Shown here: in pieces, positions 1-10,510 of the stretch
Numbering within the stretch: position 1 is the first letter of the stretch
How the letters are laid out: every line of letters starts with the position of its first letter
Source: Sphingorhabdus sp.
GTDB taxonomy: Bacteria > Pseudomonadota > Alphaproteobacteria > Sphingomonadales > Sphingomonadaceae
Assembly (NCBI RefSeq): GCF_044239005.1
Contig: NZ_JBIICH010000001.1
Coordinates: 1 to 51,051, forward strand
DNA length: 51,051 nt
Reading direction: 5' to 3'
Translations under genes and position numbers: made by a program
Notes under the pieces: model-generated
The model's input: the letters and a program-made list of their open reading frames with translations, nothing else
Told to the model about the DNA's origin: nothing
Database searches by the model: none

Positions 1-69
1 GCTCATCGGGTTAATCGACAAGTGATCGGGTGGGGTATCTGCCCCTGCAGCTTTGGTCTCTTCAGTCAT
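1..69 (-). CDS. 5' end of a probable DUF3297-family small protein (runs off the window edge)
   Basis: Not in the ORF track. Read manually from the ATG at 69: MTEETKAAGADTPPDHLSINPMS..., resembling the 'DTPPDRLSxxPxS' N-terminus of DUF3297 proteins. Confidence 0.6.
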   Translation of the reverse strand, partial: MTEETKAAGADTPPDHLSINPMS

Positions 70-134
70 GCGCGCGGCTTTGCCGCAAAGCATAGCACTT
101 GGCAATATGGCGCGGGCAGTGCAGGGGGTTCAAA

Positions 135-1346
135 ATGGCAATTTCGAACAACTATGATGTAATAATTTTGGGCGCTGGCGGCGCTGGACTGATGTGTGCG
201 CTGACCGCAGGGCAACGCGGACGGCGCGTGCTGATCATTGACCATGCAACAGGGCCGGGTAAGAAAATCCTGATTTCGGGCGGCGGCCGGTGCAATTTCA
301 CCAACGTCAACGCGACAACGGTCCATGCGCAAGAACGCTATTTGTCCGCCAACCCGCATTTTTCCAAGTCCGCATTGGGACGGTACACACCGCAGGACTT
401 TATCGAACTGGTGCGCAGCTACGGCATCGCCTTTCATGAAAAAACGCTTGGTCAGCTGTTTTGTGACGGATCCGCGCGCCAGATTGTCGAAATGCTCATG
501 GAAGAATGCGACCGGTCACAAACGCTTGGCGGCCGTGTGGACTTTGTATTCAATTCCCCCGTTGGCGAGACATCGCACGACGGCAGCGTCTATCATGTCA
601 TGTATAACGGCCTGCGCGCATCTGCCGCGTCTTTGGTCATTGCCACGGGCGGCCCAAGTATTCCGAAAATGGGCGCTACCGCATTCGCGTATGATCTGGG
701 CCGGCAATTTGGGCTGAAGATTATCGAGCCAAGGCCGGCTTTGGTGCCGCTGACGCTTGGCGGGGATGATGTCCTGTTCCGCGAACTGTCTGGCGTATCG
801 GCCGAAGTCGTTGCGCAGCATGGTAAAACGGCATTCCGCGAAGCAGCCCTGTTCACCCACCGCGGACTAAGTGGCCCTGCGGTGCTTCAAATCAGCAGCT
901 ATTGGCGGCCAGGCGATCGTGTTGGGATTGATTTCCTGCCGGATCATGATGCGCCGGCATGGCTCTTGTCGGAAAAGCGTGCGCGACCAAAGGCGACGCT
1001 GAAGTCGACGCTTGATCGCGTCCTATCATCCCGGTTGGCGGAGGCTTTGGCCGATAAGCTTGCGCTGCACGGGAATCTGGCCGACCAAAGCGACGTCAAG
1101 CTGGCAGAGGCAGGCGCATTGCTCGATTGTTGGCCATTCGTCCCCAATGGCAGTGAGGGCTATGCCAAGGCGGAGGTGACGCTTGGCGGGATCAGCACCG
1201 ACGGCCTGTCGCAACAAACAATGGAAGCCAAGAAAATACCGGGGTTGTATTGCATCGGCGAGGCTGTGGATGTCACGGGCTGGCTGGGTGGCTATAACTT
1301 CCAATGGGCATGGGCGAGCGGCGTTGCTGCGGGTGAGGCGGTTTAA
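135..1346 (+). CDS. NAD(P)/FAD-dependent oxidoreductase, HI0933/YhiN/BaiN family
   Basis: GAGGAG FAD motif, GKKILISGGGRCNFTN, and C-terminal GEAVDVTGWLGGYNFQWAW. Start moved to the ATG at 135. Confidence 0.92.
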   Translation: MAISNNYDVIILGAGGAGLMCALTAGQRGRRVLIIDHATGPGKKILISGGGRCNFTNVNATTVHAQERYLSANPHFSKSALGRYTPQDFIELVRSYGIAFHEKTLGQLFCDGSARQIVEMLMEECDRSQTLGGRVDFVFNSPVGETSHDGSVYHVMYNGLRASAASLVIATGGPSIPKMGATAFAYDLGRQFGLKIIEPRPALVPLTLGGDDVLFRELSGVSAEVVAQHGKTAFREAALFTHRGLSGPAVLQISSYWRPGDRVGIDFLPDHDAPAWLLSEKRARPKATLKSTLDRVLSSRLAEALADKLALHGNLADQSDVKLAEAGALLDCWPFVPNGSEGYAKAEVTLGGISTDGLSQQTMEAKKIPGLYCIGEAVDVTGWLGGYNFQWAWASGVAAGEAV

Positions 1347-1474
1347 ACGCGCGAACATGCACGTGTGTCCGTGATATTAAAGCCGCAGTTCCATTTTTAG
1401 CACATTTGGATGCACCCAAATTGAGATTCTCGCGTTTTCTGGTTGGTGACTAACGAACCAACAAGGAAATCGAC

Positions 1475-2305
1475 ATGAAAATCTCCCAAATATTATTGAT
1501 CGGCGCATCCGCGCTCGCAACATTTGCACCCCCTGCATTTGCACAGTCAGAAGATGAACAGTGGGAAGGCGCATATATCGGCGGATCGATCGGCATCGGC
1601 GCACAGAGCAATGATCGCAACGAGAGCGTTGTTTTTGACACCGATGGTGACGGTGCATTCGACAACAGCGTAAACACAATTTTGGCCGCTGATGCCTTCG
1701 CACCCGGCTTTTGTGGCGGCGCATCGACGGGAACCGCGCCAACCGATGGCTGCCTGAGTGACAAGGACGGATTGGAGTACAACATCCGCGCTGGCTATGA
1801 CGTACAGTCGGGTAACATCGTATATGGTTTTGTGCTTGAAGGCGGCATGAATGAATCGCGTGACAGCGTGACAGCATTCAGCGACACGCCCGACACCTAC
1901 ACGCTAACCCGCGAAATCGACTATTCGCTGCAAGCCCGTGCGCGTCTCGGATATGCCGCGCGCGGTGCATTATTCTATGCAACCGGTGGTGCAGCCTATG
2001 CCAAGATCAACAACAGCTTTACCACCACCAATGGCGTCAACAGCTTTACCGACAATGGCAACAGCAAAAGCTGGGGCTATTCCTATGGCGGCGGCGCAGA
2101 AGTGAAGCTTGCGAAGAACTTCTCGCTTGGCCTTGAATATCTCTACACCAATTTCGATGACGATGATTATGTCGTGTCGGTCGGACCAGGTACAGCGGCG
2201 GTGACGGATCCGTTCCTGATCGTATCGGGCGGAACCGATATGCGTCGCAGCGACAGCGATTTCGATATGCACAATATCCGTTTAACCGCGGCATTCCGTT
2301 TCTAA
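1475..2305 (+). CDS. Outer-membrane beta-barrel protein (Omp25/RopB-like)
   Basis: Signal peptide (AFA/Q), WEGAYIGG, RAGYD, RARLGYA, LFYATGG, GLEYLY and a terminal Phe (AAFRF). Confidence 0.88.
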   Translation: MKISQILLIGASALATFAPPAFAQSEDEQWEGAYIGGSIGIGAQSNDRNESVVFDTDGDGAFDNSVNTILAADAFAPGFCGGASTGTAPTDGCLSDKDGLEYNIRAGYDVQSGNIVYGFVLEGGMNESRDSVTAFSDTPDTYTLTREIDYSLQARARLGYAARGALFYATGGAAYAKINNSFTTTNGVNSFTDNGNSKSWGYSYGGGAEVKLAKNFSLGLEYLYTNFDDDDYVVSVGPGTAAVTDPFLIVSGGTDMRRSDSDFDMHNIRLTAAFRF

Positions 2306-2328
2306 GCGAACCGGACATTCCGAATAAG

Positions 2329-2355
2329 AAAAGGGCGCCAAATCGGCGCCCTTTT
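2329..2355. terminator. Bidirectional intrinsic terminator between the OMP gene and typA
   Basis: AAAAGGGCGCC-AAATC-GGCGCCCTTTT hairpin with T-runs on both strands, between convergent genes. Confidence 0.85.
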
Positions 2356-2359
2356 GTGT

Positions 2360-4180
2360 TTATGCAGCCTGTTTGGCGCGTGATGCTTTTTTCCGTTCGT
2401 TTGGATCAAGCAAACGCTTGCGCAAGCGGATGTTCTTTGGCGTGACCTCAACCATTTCATCGTCATCGATATAAGCAATGGCTTGTTCAAGCGTGAGACG
2501 CTTTGGCGGGGTGAGGCGGATGGCGTCGTCCTTGCCGGTCGAACGGAAGTTCGTCAGCTGCTTCGACTTCATTGGGTTCACTTCCAAATCATCTGGCTTG
2601 GCGTTTTCGCCGATGATCATGCCTTCGTACAAAGCTTCACCGGGCGATACCATCAAGATGCCACGTTCTTCCAATGGACCAAGCGCGTACGCAACGGCTT
2701 CACCCGCACCATTTGAAATCAGAACGCCGTTCTTGCGGCCTTCGATTGCGCCACGATGTGGGCCATATTTTTCGAACAAGCGGTTCATGATGCCCGTGCC
2801 GCGCGTGTCGGACAGGAATTCGCCATGGTAACCGATCAGGCCGCGTGATGGCGCGCTGAAGGTGATGCGGGTCTTGCCGCCACCTGAAGGACGCATGTCG
2901 GTAAGGTCGCCCTTACGCACGGCCATTTTTTCAACGACGGTACCGGAATATTCATCATCAACGTCGATGACGACCGTTTCATATGGCTCGGTCTTCTGGC
3001 CTTTTTCGTCTTCGCGGAACAGCACGCGCGGGCGGCTGATGCCAAGTTCAAAGCCTTCGCGGCGCATCGTTTCGATAAGAACGCCCAGCTGAAGTTCGCC
3101 GCGGCCAGCCACTTCAAAGCTGTCCTTGTCTTCGGCTTCGGTAATACGGACGGCGACGTTGCTTTCGGCTTCGCGCATCAAACGGTCGCGGATCATGCGG
3201 CTCGTGACCTTCGTGCCTTCACGGCCAGCCATCGGGCTGTCGTTCACCGAAAAGCGCATCGACAATGTTGGCGGATCGATAGGCTGCGCCTGCAATGGCT
3301 CGGTCACCGTGGGTTCGGCAATCGTGTCGGCGACAGTCGCGGTGGTCAGACCGGCGATCGAAATAATGTCGCCAGCCTTGGCTTCGTCAACAGGAACGCG
3401 CTCAAGGCCACGGAATGACATGATCTTCGATGCACGGCCGGTTTCGACAATCTTGCCGTCCGGGTTCAATGCGTGGATCTGTTGGTTCACCTTGACGGTA
3501 CCGGACAGCACGAGGCCAGTCAGGATACGGCCAAGGAAGTTGTCGCGGTCAAGCAAGGTGACAAGCATCTTGAACTCGCCATCAACGTCGGCCTTTGGCT
3601 CTGGAACATGGCTGACGATGGTTTCAAACATCGGGGTCAGCGTGCCTTCGCGCAAGCTTGGATCTGCCGACGCATAGCCATTACGGCCCGATGCATAGAG
3701 CACAGGGAAATCGAGCTGTTCATCGGTCGCATCCAGCGAAACGAAAAGGTCGAACACTTCGTCCAACACTTCCTGAATACGCTCGTCAGGACGGTCGATC
3801 TTGTTGACGACAACGATTGGTTTCAAACCAAGCGCCAACGCCTTTCCGGTAACGAACTTCGTCTGTGGCATCGCGCCTTCGGAGGAATCGACGAGCAGGA
3901 TAACGCCGTCGACCATCGAGAGGATGCGCTCAACTTCGCCGCCAAAGTCGGCGTGGCCCGGGGTGTCGACGATGTTGATGCGGGTATCGTTCCATTCTAC
4001 CGATGTGCACTTGGCAAGAATGGTGATGCCGCGTTCTTTTTCGAGGTCGTTCGAATCCATAGCGCGTTCTTCGATGCGCTGGTTGTCGCGGAAGGTGCCA
4101 GACTGACGAAACAGTTGGTCAACAAGGGTGGTTTTGCCGTGATCGACGTGCGCGATGATGGCGATATTACGCAATGACAT
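2360..4180 (-). CDS. typA: Translational GTPase TypA/BipA
   Basis: [33 protein letters not shown] and C-terminal [11 protein letters not shown]; 606 aa. Confidence 0.98.
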   Translation of the reverse strand: MSLRNIAIIAHVDHGKTTLVDQLFRQSGTFRDNQRIEERAMDSNDLEKERGITILAKCTSVEWNDTRINIVDTPGHADFGGEVERILSMVDGVILLVDSSEGAMPQTKFVTGKALALGLKPIVVVNKIDRPDERIQEVLDEVFDLFVSLDATDEQLDFPVLYASGRNGYASADPSLREGTLTPMFETIVSHVPEPKADVDGEFKMLVTLLDRDNFLGRILTGLVLSGTVKVNQQIHALNPDGKIVETGRASKIMSFRGLERVPVDEAKAGDIISIAGLTTATVADTIAEPTVTEPLQAQPIDPPTLSMRFSVNDSPMAGREGTKVTSRMIRDRLMREAESNVAVRITEAEDKDSFEVAGRGELQLGVLIETMRREGFELGISRPRVLFREDEKGQKTEPYETVVIDVDDEYSGTVVEKMAVRKGDLTDMRPSGGGKTRITFSAPSRGLIGYHGEFLSDTRGTGIMNRLFEKYGPHRGAIEGRKNGVLISNGAGEAVAYALGPLEERGILMVSPGEALYEGMIIGENAKPDDLEVNPMKSKQLTNFRSTGKDDAIRLTPPKRLTLEQAIAYIDDDEMVEVTPKNIRLRKRLLDPNERKKASRAKQAA

Positions 4181-4315
4181 TTAGAAATGGGCCTTTTGGA
4201 AGGTCTTCATGGTAGCCACATGCCACCAGATTCTCGCGGGCCCTTAACCCAATATGTGTTGCGGCGCAACATCGCTGGTGTTGCAATAGGCGATTGTTCA
4301 GGTCAAAGCGTCGCC

Positions 4316-5278
4316 ATGATTGCCCGTATCTTTGCTGACCGCTTCGTTCTTTTGCTGCTTGGCACGATATTGCTGGCAAGCTTTCTACCCGTGCGTGGGG
4401 CGGCTGCCAACATTGCGGCCATGATCTCGTCCGCCGCGATTTTCGTGCTCTTTTTCCTGAACGGTGTCCGGTTGCCGCGGCAAGAGGTTGTCAACGGCGT
4501 GCGCAATTGGCGGCTGCAGGGCGCGATTTTCCTGTTTGTATTTGGGGTGATGTCCGCCGCTGGATTAATGCTGTCGCATATTTTCGACAATGTCCTGCCG
4601 GCCACGCTGGCGCTCGGCATATTGTTCACCGGCATTTTGCCATCAACGGTGCAGTCGGCCGCCGCCTATTGCGCATTGGCCAAAGGCAATGTTGCAGCGT
4701 CGGTGGTTGCTGCCGCGTTGATTAACCTTGTCGGTGTGATCCTTTCGCCCGTGCTGTTCGCTGTGCTGGCGCATGTGGGCGAAGGCAGCGTGTCGGGCGA
4801 AGCGGTGGGTCGGATTGCATTGATCTTGCTGCTGCCCTTTGCACTTGGCCAGATGATGCAGCGTTGGTTCAAGCCATGGGTTGATGGGCACAAGTCGCTC
4901 GCGACATGGATGGACCGCGTGTCGATTGCGATTGCGGTCTATGTCGCGTTTTCAGGCGCAGTGGTTGCGGGTATCTGGAGCATTGTGCGCGGTGACGAGC
5001 TGGCTTGGCTGTCGGTGGCGCTGTCGATCATGCTGGTCATCGGCTTTGGCGGTGCGTGGGTGCTGGGCGGGATCATGAAACTGCCGCGCGGTGACCGGAT
5101 TACCATGCTGTTTTCAGGCGGGCAGAAAAGCATCGCCATTGGCGCGCCGCTGGCCGCAACGATATTTCCACCAGCGATTGCTGGCATGGTGCTGTTACCG
5201 ACGCTGGCGTACCATATGGCGCAGTTGATATTGTCGGCGCCTATGGCGACGCATTTGGCTGCGGACAAAAAACCGTAG
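4316..5278 (+). CDS. Bile acid:sodium symporter family protein (YfeH/SBF-like)
   Basis: Highly hydrophobic, with LPSTVQS, GNVAASV and QKSIAIGAP motifs. Start moved to the ATG at 4316. Confidence 0.85.
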   Translation: MIARIFADRFVLLLLGTILLASFLPVRGAAANIAAMISSAAIFVLFFLNGVRLPRQEVVNGVRNWRLQGAIFLFVFGVMSAAGLMLSHIFDNVLPATLALGILFTGILPSTVQSAAAYCALAKGNVAASVVAAALINLVGVILSPVLFAVLAHVGEGSVSGEAVGRIALILLLPFALGQMMQRWFKPWVDGHKSLATWMDRVSIAIAVYVAFSGAVVAGIWSIVRGDELAWLSVALSIMLVIGFGGAWVLGGIMKLPRGDRITMLFSGGQKSIAIGAPLAATIFPPAIAGMVLLPTLAYHMAQLILSAPMATHLAADKKP

Positions 5279-5293
5279 TTCTACGGTGAATAT

Positions 5294-7792
5294 TTAGAGG
5301 CTCCTGAGCGCCTCCGAAGGACGCGCGGCCAATATTGGCAATGAGCCGACCATGCCGAGTATGAATGTCAGCCCAGCGCCACCGACCAACGTTAGCATTA
5401 ATATGCCATAATCGGGCGCGAAGCTGAAATCGAAGATGTGCACGACGACATAATATGCGGCGCCCATGCCAAGCGCGAGCGAGAGCAATCCGAGGACCAC
5501 GGCCAAGATGCCATATTCCATCGCCTGCGCGCCCAATATCTGGCTGCGTGTGCCGCCCAGCATCTTCGTAATCACCGCGTCATAGATACGCGACTGGCGC
5601 GCAGCAGCGATGGCACCGACCAGAACAGCGATGCCCGCCAATATTGCGATGGAGGCAGCCGCCGCGATGGCTTGCGCCATTTGGCTCAGCAAATTGGTGA
5701 TCTGCGCGGTGACCTCGCCAACCTCAATCAGGGAGGATGAAGGGAATGCGGGCGGTAAGGATTTAGCCAAGACGCGCTCGGCGTCCTTTGACACCGTCAG
5801 CGTTGCAACCATATTGTGCGGCGCGGCGTCGAGGCTGCCGGGTGAAAACACCATCACATAATTGAGGCCGAAATTCTCCCAATTGACGGTGCGCAGTGAC
5901 GCAATCTTGGCGGGGACTTCGACGCCAAGCAGACTGATGGTCAGACTATCGCCAATGCCAACATTCAGCACTTCAGCGATTTCGGCATCAAGGCTGACCA
6001 ACGCGGGCCCTTTATAATCGGCTGGCCACCACTCGCCCTCGACGATCTCGCTGCCTTTTGGCACCGTCGCGCTGTATGTCAGGCCGCGGTCGCCATTCAG
6101 CACCCATGCGCCTTCCGGTAGCTCCTCCAATTGATCGACGCGTTGGCCGCCATATTCGATGATCGTGCCACGCAGCGCGGGGATGAGGTTGATCGTGGCG
6201 GCAGAATCTGCGTCCTTGACCATGGTCGTGAACTTCGCAGCCCCGTCGCGTGGGATATCAAGCACGAAAAAGCTTGGTGCGCGTTCGGGGACACTGTTCT
6301 TGATCTCGTTATTTATACTAGTCTGAATGGCCGCCAGTGTGACAAATAAGGTCAGCCCAAGGCCCAAAGCGACGACCAGCGCCTGCGTCTGTGCACCTGG
6401 CCTATGCAAGTTGGCGAGCGCCAGCCGGGGCAGTGGGGCCTTTGGACGGGGCAGGCGAATGGCAATGAAGCGCAGCAGGAATGCGATGCCGGTGAGCAAA
6501 AGCAACAGGCCGAACGCCGCGCCAATGAACGCAAGCGAGAACATCGGCTCGCGTGCAGTGACAACAGCCAGCGCCACGATTGCGGAAATCGCGCCAATAA
6601 CCCAGATGGTGCTTTTGCGGTCGATGCGGCTGTTACCTTCAACGATCGCGCGGAACAGGCCGGCCGCTGGCACCGTGCGGGCACGCGCAAGCGGGGGCAG
6701 GGCAAAGGCCAAGGCGATCAACAGGCCGTAGATCGCACTGACCGCCAAGGGGAGCGGATGCACATTGAAGCCCGGCGCAACGGGCAGGATGTCGCCTGCG
6801 ACCCAACCAATCGCCATCGGCATGACGCTGCCGACGCCAAGGCCAACCAATATCGCGACGGACGCGACCGCAAGGATTTGCAACATATAGATGCGGAATA
6901 TCGTCTGGCTGTCCGCGCCCGTGACCTTCAATGTCGCGATGCTTGCGCGTTTGCTGGCAAGATAGCTGCCCACGCCATTGCCGACGCCAATACCGGCGAT
7001 GACCAATGCGGCGAGGCCGACAAGTGTTAGGAATTGCCCCATGCGCTCAATGAAGCGCCGTGTTCCCGGCGCGCCGTTTGACCGGTCGGTAATATCCCAT
7101 CCTGCGGAGGGAAATTGGGCCTCAAGCGCTTTGGCGACGGCTGCGGCATCCTCTTGCGGGCCAAGCTTGATGCGATATTTGCTCTCATACATGCTGCCCG
7201 GCTGGATGAGTCCGGTGTCCGGCAGCGACGCCATGTTGATGATGGCGACTGGACCAAGCGTGAAGCCTTCCCCCAAACGGTCGGGTTCGTCCGCGATGAT
7301 GCCGGCAACCTTGAACGTCGCTTCGCCAAACCGGACGGTGCCGCCCGTTGCGATATCAAGCCGTTCGGACAAGGTTGGCCCGATGTAGATTTCACCCTTT
7401 GCGGGCGCTTTGGCCGGGCCACCTTCGCGCAACTTCAGCACGCCATAATGCGGATAGACATTGTCGATGGCCTTGAGTTCCGCGAGCAGGCTATCGTTAC
7501 CAATCGCCATTGCGCGCAAGCGGATGGTTTCGGAAACCGCGCCCGCCTTGCGCATCGCGGCCATTTCGGCGGCGTTCGCTTCGCGTTGTGCAATGCCAAT
7601 TTCGACATCCCCGCCCAGGATCGTCTGGCCGCGCCGCGAAAGCTCGTCCGAAATCCCGGCCGTTAGGCTGCCAATAGCCGCCAATGTCGCGACACCCAGA
7701 AACAGGCAAATCGCGAGCAGCCGAAGCCCGCGAATGCGTGCGGACAGATCACGGCGCGATATGCGCCAAATGGCAGCGAGGGGTAGGCTCAA
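5294..7792 (-). CDS. ybbP: ABC transporter permease, YbbP/FtsX-like
   Basis: RRDL..., LGGD, two FtsX-type TM blocks, APSFFVLDI. Probable TTG start at 7792 overlapping the ATPase stop (TTGA). Confidence 0.85.
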   Translation of the reverse strand: MSLPLAAIWRISRRDLSARIRGLRLLAICLFLGVATLAAIGSLTAGISDELSRRGQTILGGDVEIGIAQREANAAEMAAMRKAGAVSETIRLRAMAIGNDSLLAELKAIDNVYPHYGVLKLREGGPAKAPAKGEIYIGPTLSERLDIATGGTVRFGEATFKVAGIIADEPDRLGEGFTLGPVAIINMASLPDTGLIQPGSMYESKYRIKLGPQEDAAAVAKALEAQFPSAGWDITDRSNGAPGTRRFIERMGQFLTLVGLAALVIAGIGVGNGVGSYLASKRASIATLKVTGADSQTIFRIYMLQILAVASVAILVGLGVGSVMPMAIGWVAGDILPVAPGFNVHPLPLAVSAIYGLLIALAFALPPLARARTVPAAGLFRAIVEGNSRIDRKSTIWVIGAISAIVALAVVTAREPMFSLAFIGAAFGLLLLLTGIAFLLRFIAIRLPRPKAPLPRLALANLHRPGAQTQALVVALGLGLTLFVTLAAIQTSINNEIKNSVPERAPSFFVLDIPRDGAAKFTTMVKDADSAATINLIPALRGTIIEYGGQRVDQLEELPEGAWVLNGDRGLTYSATVPKGSEIVEGEWWPADYKGPALVSLDAEIAEVLNVGIGDSLTISLLGVEVPAKIASLRTVNWENFGLNYVMVFSPGSLDAAPHNMVATLTVSKDAERVLAKSLPPAFPSSSLIEVGEVTAQITNLLSQMAQAIAAAASIAILAGIAVLVGAIAAARQSRIYDAVITKMLGGTRSQILGAQAMEYGILAVVLGLLSLALGMGAAYYVVVHIFDFSFAPDYGILMLTLVGGAGLTFILGMVGSLPILAARPSEALRSL

Positions 7793-8472
7793 CCTACACG
7801 CTCCACCACATGGCCATCTTGCATCACAATGACACGGTCGCATTTGCGTGCGAGTTCCGGGTCATGCGTGATGATCAGCAGCGTTGCCCCCAATGCCGCG
7901 CGGCGGGCGAATAATAGGTCGACAATCGACGTACCGGTCGACCCATCCAGATTGCCCGTCGGCTCATCCGCAAATATGATTTTGGGGCCAGCGGCCATGG
8001 CGCGGGCAATGGCAACACGTTGCTGCTCGCCGCCTGACAGCTGCGATGGATAATGCGTCAAGCGATGCCCAAGGCCAACCGCTTCCAACTCGGCCTTTGC
8101 GCGACCGAACGGATCATCCATCCCCGCCAGTTCCATCGGGATTGCGACATTTTCGAGCGCGGTCATCGTTGGCAACAAATGAAACGCCTGCAGCACAATG
8201 CCGATACGCCCGCGCCGTGCGCGTGCCAGCGCGTCTTCATCCAGTTTCGTAAAGTCCAGACCATCGACCAGAACAGTGCCGCCAGTGGCTTGTTCAAGCC
8301 CTGCGAGAACCGCCATGAGCGACGACTTGCCCGAGCCCGATGGGCCAAGCAATGCAACGCTGCTGTCATACGGCACCTCAAGGTCGACGCCGCGTAAAAT
8401 CGACACCTCGGCATCGTTGGAGCCAAGGCTGAGGGTGACATTTGCCGCACGGATTGCCATATCCGTTTTCAT
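7789..8472 (-). CDS. ybbA: ABC transporter ATP-binding protein, YbbA/LolD-like
   Basis: Walker A GPSGSGKS, LSGGEQQR, FADEPTGNLD; divergent from tesA. Confidence 0.9.
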   Translation of the reverse strand: MKTDMAIRAANVTLSLGSNDAEVSILRGVDLEVPYDSSVALLGPSGSGKSSLMAVLAGLEQATGGTVLVDGLDFTKLDEDALARARRGRIGIVLQAFHLLPTMTALENVAIPMELAGMDDPFGRAKAELEAVGLGHRLTHYPSQLSGGEQQRVAIARAMAAGPKIIFADEPTGNLDGSTGTSIVDLLFARRAALGATLLIITHDPELARKCDRVIVMQDGHVVERVG

Positions 8473-8502
8473 GTTAACCGGAGCGTGCAAGGAAGCATCC
8501 TT

Positions 8503-9186
8503 ATGAATAGAGGTTTTTGGCTATATGGTGCGCTTATTGTCGCAATCCAAGGGCTGGTTGCATGCGGGTCTAACCCTGTAGCGGAAAATAAGGCGCAAGC
8601 GCAGGAAACGGCGAAGGTTCAGGCATATGACCGGCTGGTCGTGGCCTTTGGGGACAGCCTGTACGCAGGCTACAGGCTTGCCCCCAATGAAGGGCTCGCG
8701 CCACAATTGCAGGCAGCGTTGCAGGCCGATGGCATAAATGCCCGGGTCCACAATGCTGGCGTATCAGGCGACACAACAGCGGCGGGAAAAACGCGGCTGG
8801 CATTTGTGCTGGATAATCTGGAGCGCAAGCCGGACTTGGTTGTGCTTGGCCTTGGCGGGAACGATATGTTGCGCGGTATCAAGCCTGCAGAAACCAAAGC
8901 AAATATGGTCGCGATGCTGGACGAGCTTAAGCGGCGCGACATTCCCGTTATGCTAACAGGTATGATAGCCGCGCCGAACCTGGGTCAGGATTATGGCAAT
9001 GCTTTCAATGCGATATTCCCGCAACTCGCAAAGCAATATGACGCGCCATTATATCCGTTTTTCCTCGAAGGCGTGGTGACCGATGGCGCGTTGATGCTGC
9101 CCGATAACATTCATCCCAATGCCAAAGGGGTGTCGCGGGTTGTCGAAGGATTATCGCCGCTGGTCGAAGCTGCTTTGAAGGAATAA
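8503..9186 (+). CDS. tesA: GDSL arylesterase / acyl-CoA thioesterase I (TesA-like), probable lipoprotein
   Basis: GDSL, NAGVSGDTT, GGND and DNIHPN; lipobox LVAC; conserved tesA/ybbAP arrangement. Confidence 0.88.
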   Translation: MNRGFWLYGALIVAIQGLVACGSNPVAENKAQAQETAKVQAYDRLVVAFGDSLYAGYRLAPNEGLAPQLQAALQADGINARVHNAGVSGDTTAAGKTRLAFVLDNLERKPDLVVLGLGGNDMLRGIKPAETKANMVAMLDELKRRDIPVMLTGMIAAPNLGQDYGNAFNAIFPQLAKQYDAPLYPFFLEGVVTDGALMLPDNIHPNAKGVSRVVEGLSPLVEAALKE

Positions 9187-9192
9187 GGCGAC

Positions 9193-9216
9193 GCTGTATT
9201 AGAAAAATAATACAGC
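9193..9216. promoter_or_regulatory. Palindromic candidate operator upstream of telA
   Basis: GCTGTATTA-GAAAAA-TAATACAGC, a perfect 9-bp inverted repeat that is AT-rich and has no U-tract. Confidence 0.4.
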
Positions 9217-9292
9217 TGGGGACGCTAAGTGCTTGAAATGGTCAGGCACGCGCTCCATCTGTTACACGATCAAAGGACAGAGGGATTTAGCG

Positions 9293-10501
9293 ATGTCGAC
9301 TGAAACCGTTACCCAAACCGTACCAGAGCTGAAACTGACGCCGCCCGACCCCGTGCCGACCGTCGCGCCGCAACAGGCGATGGGCTTGGTTCCGGTGACC
9401 GATGAACAGCAAAGCAAGCTTGCGCAGCGCGTTGAAGCCTATGTCGCTGATTTGGTCGCGCAGGATGTGAACAGCCCTGAATTTGGCAAGCGCGTGGACC
9501 AATTGACCAACATGGGCCGCAAGGAAATTATGGAAGCATCGGCCCAGTCGAACCGCTTCCTCGATAAGCCCATTCGCCGCATGGATGAAAGCTCCGGCGT
9601 CGGCGCGGATCTCGCCGAATTGCGCCGCGTTGTTGAAGATCTGGACCCGTCCAAAAAGGGCAATCTGATGACCAAGCAAAAGCTGTTTGGCATCATCCCA
9701 TTCGGCAACAAGCTGCGCAATTATTTTGACAGCTATCAAAGTTCGCAAACGCATATCAGTTCGGTTCTCGCGCGTCTTGGCAATGGCAAGGATGAGCTGT
9801 TGATGGACAATGCCGCGATCGACGTTGAGCGGCAGAATCTGTGGGTTGCCATGGGCAAGCTGGAACAGATGATTGTCATGTCCAAGCAGTTGGATACGAA
9901 ACTGGAAGAAAAAGCCGCTGAGCTTGAACTGTCTGACCCCGCCAAAGCGCGTGCGATAAAGGAAAGCGCGTTGTTCTATGTGCGCCAACGTACGCAAGAT
10001 TTGCTGACGCAAATGGCCGTGACGGTGCAGGGTTATCTCGCGCTCGATCTGGTTAAAAAGAACAATGTCGAACTGGTCAAAGGCGTTGACCGCGCATCGA
10101 CCACCACCGTTGGCGCATTGCGTACAGCCGTTACCGTGGCGCAGGCGATGACGAACCAGAAGCTCGTTTTGGACCAGATTACCGCGCTCAACACGACGAC
10201 CGCAAATATCATCGACAGCACCGGTCAGTTGCTGCGCGACAATACGGGGCTTATTCATGAACAAGCCGCCGGCGCCACCATCCCGTTGGAAACGTTGAGC
10301 CGTGCGTTCCAGAATATTTACGACACGATGGATGCCATCGACACCTTCAAGATGAAGGCGCTCGACAGCATGAAGCAAACGTCCGAAGCGCTTGAGAAGG
10401 AAGTCGAAAAGTCGAAGGGCTATATCGCGCGTGCCGAAGGGCAGGCGCAGGCGACCAAGTCGGTGCAGGACAGCGGTTTGCTGTCACTTGAGGTATCGTG
10501 A
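9293..10501 (+). CDS. Toxic anion resistance protein, TelA/KlaA family
   Basis: Coiled-coil protein with KLFGIIPFGNKLRNYF..YQS, KDELLMDN and LVKKNNVELVKGVDRA. Start at ATG 9293 after GAGGG. Confidence 0.88.
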   Translation: MSTETVTQTVPELKLTPPDPVPTVAPQQAMGLVPVTDEQQSKLAQRVEAYVADLVAQDVNSPEFGKRVDQLTNMGRKEIMEASAQSNRFLDKPIRRMDESSGVGADLAELRRVVEDLDPSKKGNLMTKQKLFGIIPFGNKLRNYFDSYQSSQTHISSVLARLGNGKDELLMDNAAIDVERQNLWVAMGKLEQMIVMSKQLDTKLEEKAAELELSDPAKARAIKESALFYVRQRTQDLLTQMAVTVQGYLALDLVKKNNVELVKGVDRASTTTVGALRTAVTVAQAMTNQKLVLDQITALNTTTANIIDSTGQLLRDNTGLIHEQAAGATIPLETLSRAFQNIYDTMDAIDTFKMKALDSMKQTSEALEKEVEKSKGYIARAEGQAQATKSVQDSGLLSLEVS

Positions 10502-10510
10502 CGATATTTC

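Noticed and set aside
9287-10378. 363-aa antisense ORF over telA, and similar long antisense ORFs over typA, the dehalogenases, acs and the CoA-transferase
   Set aside because: These are shadow frames typical of GC-rich coding DNA. They show no recognisable motifs and lie opposite well-supported genes.
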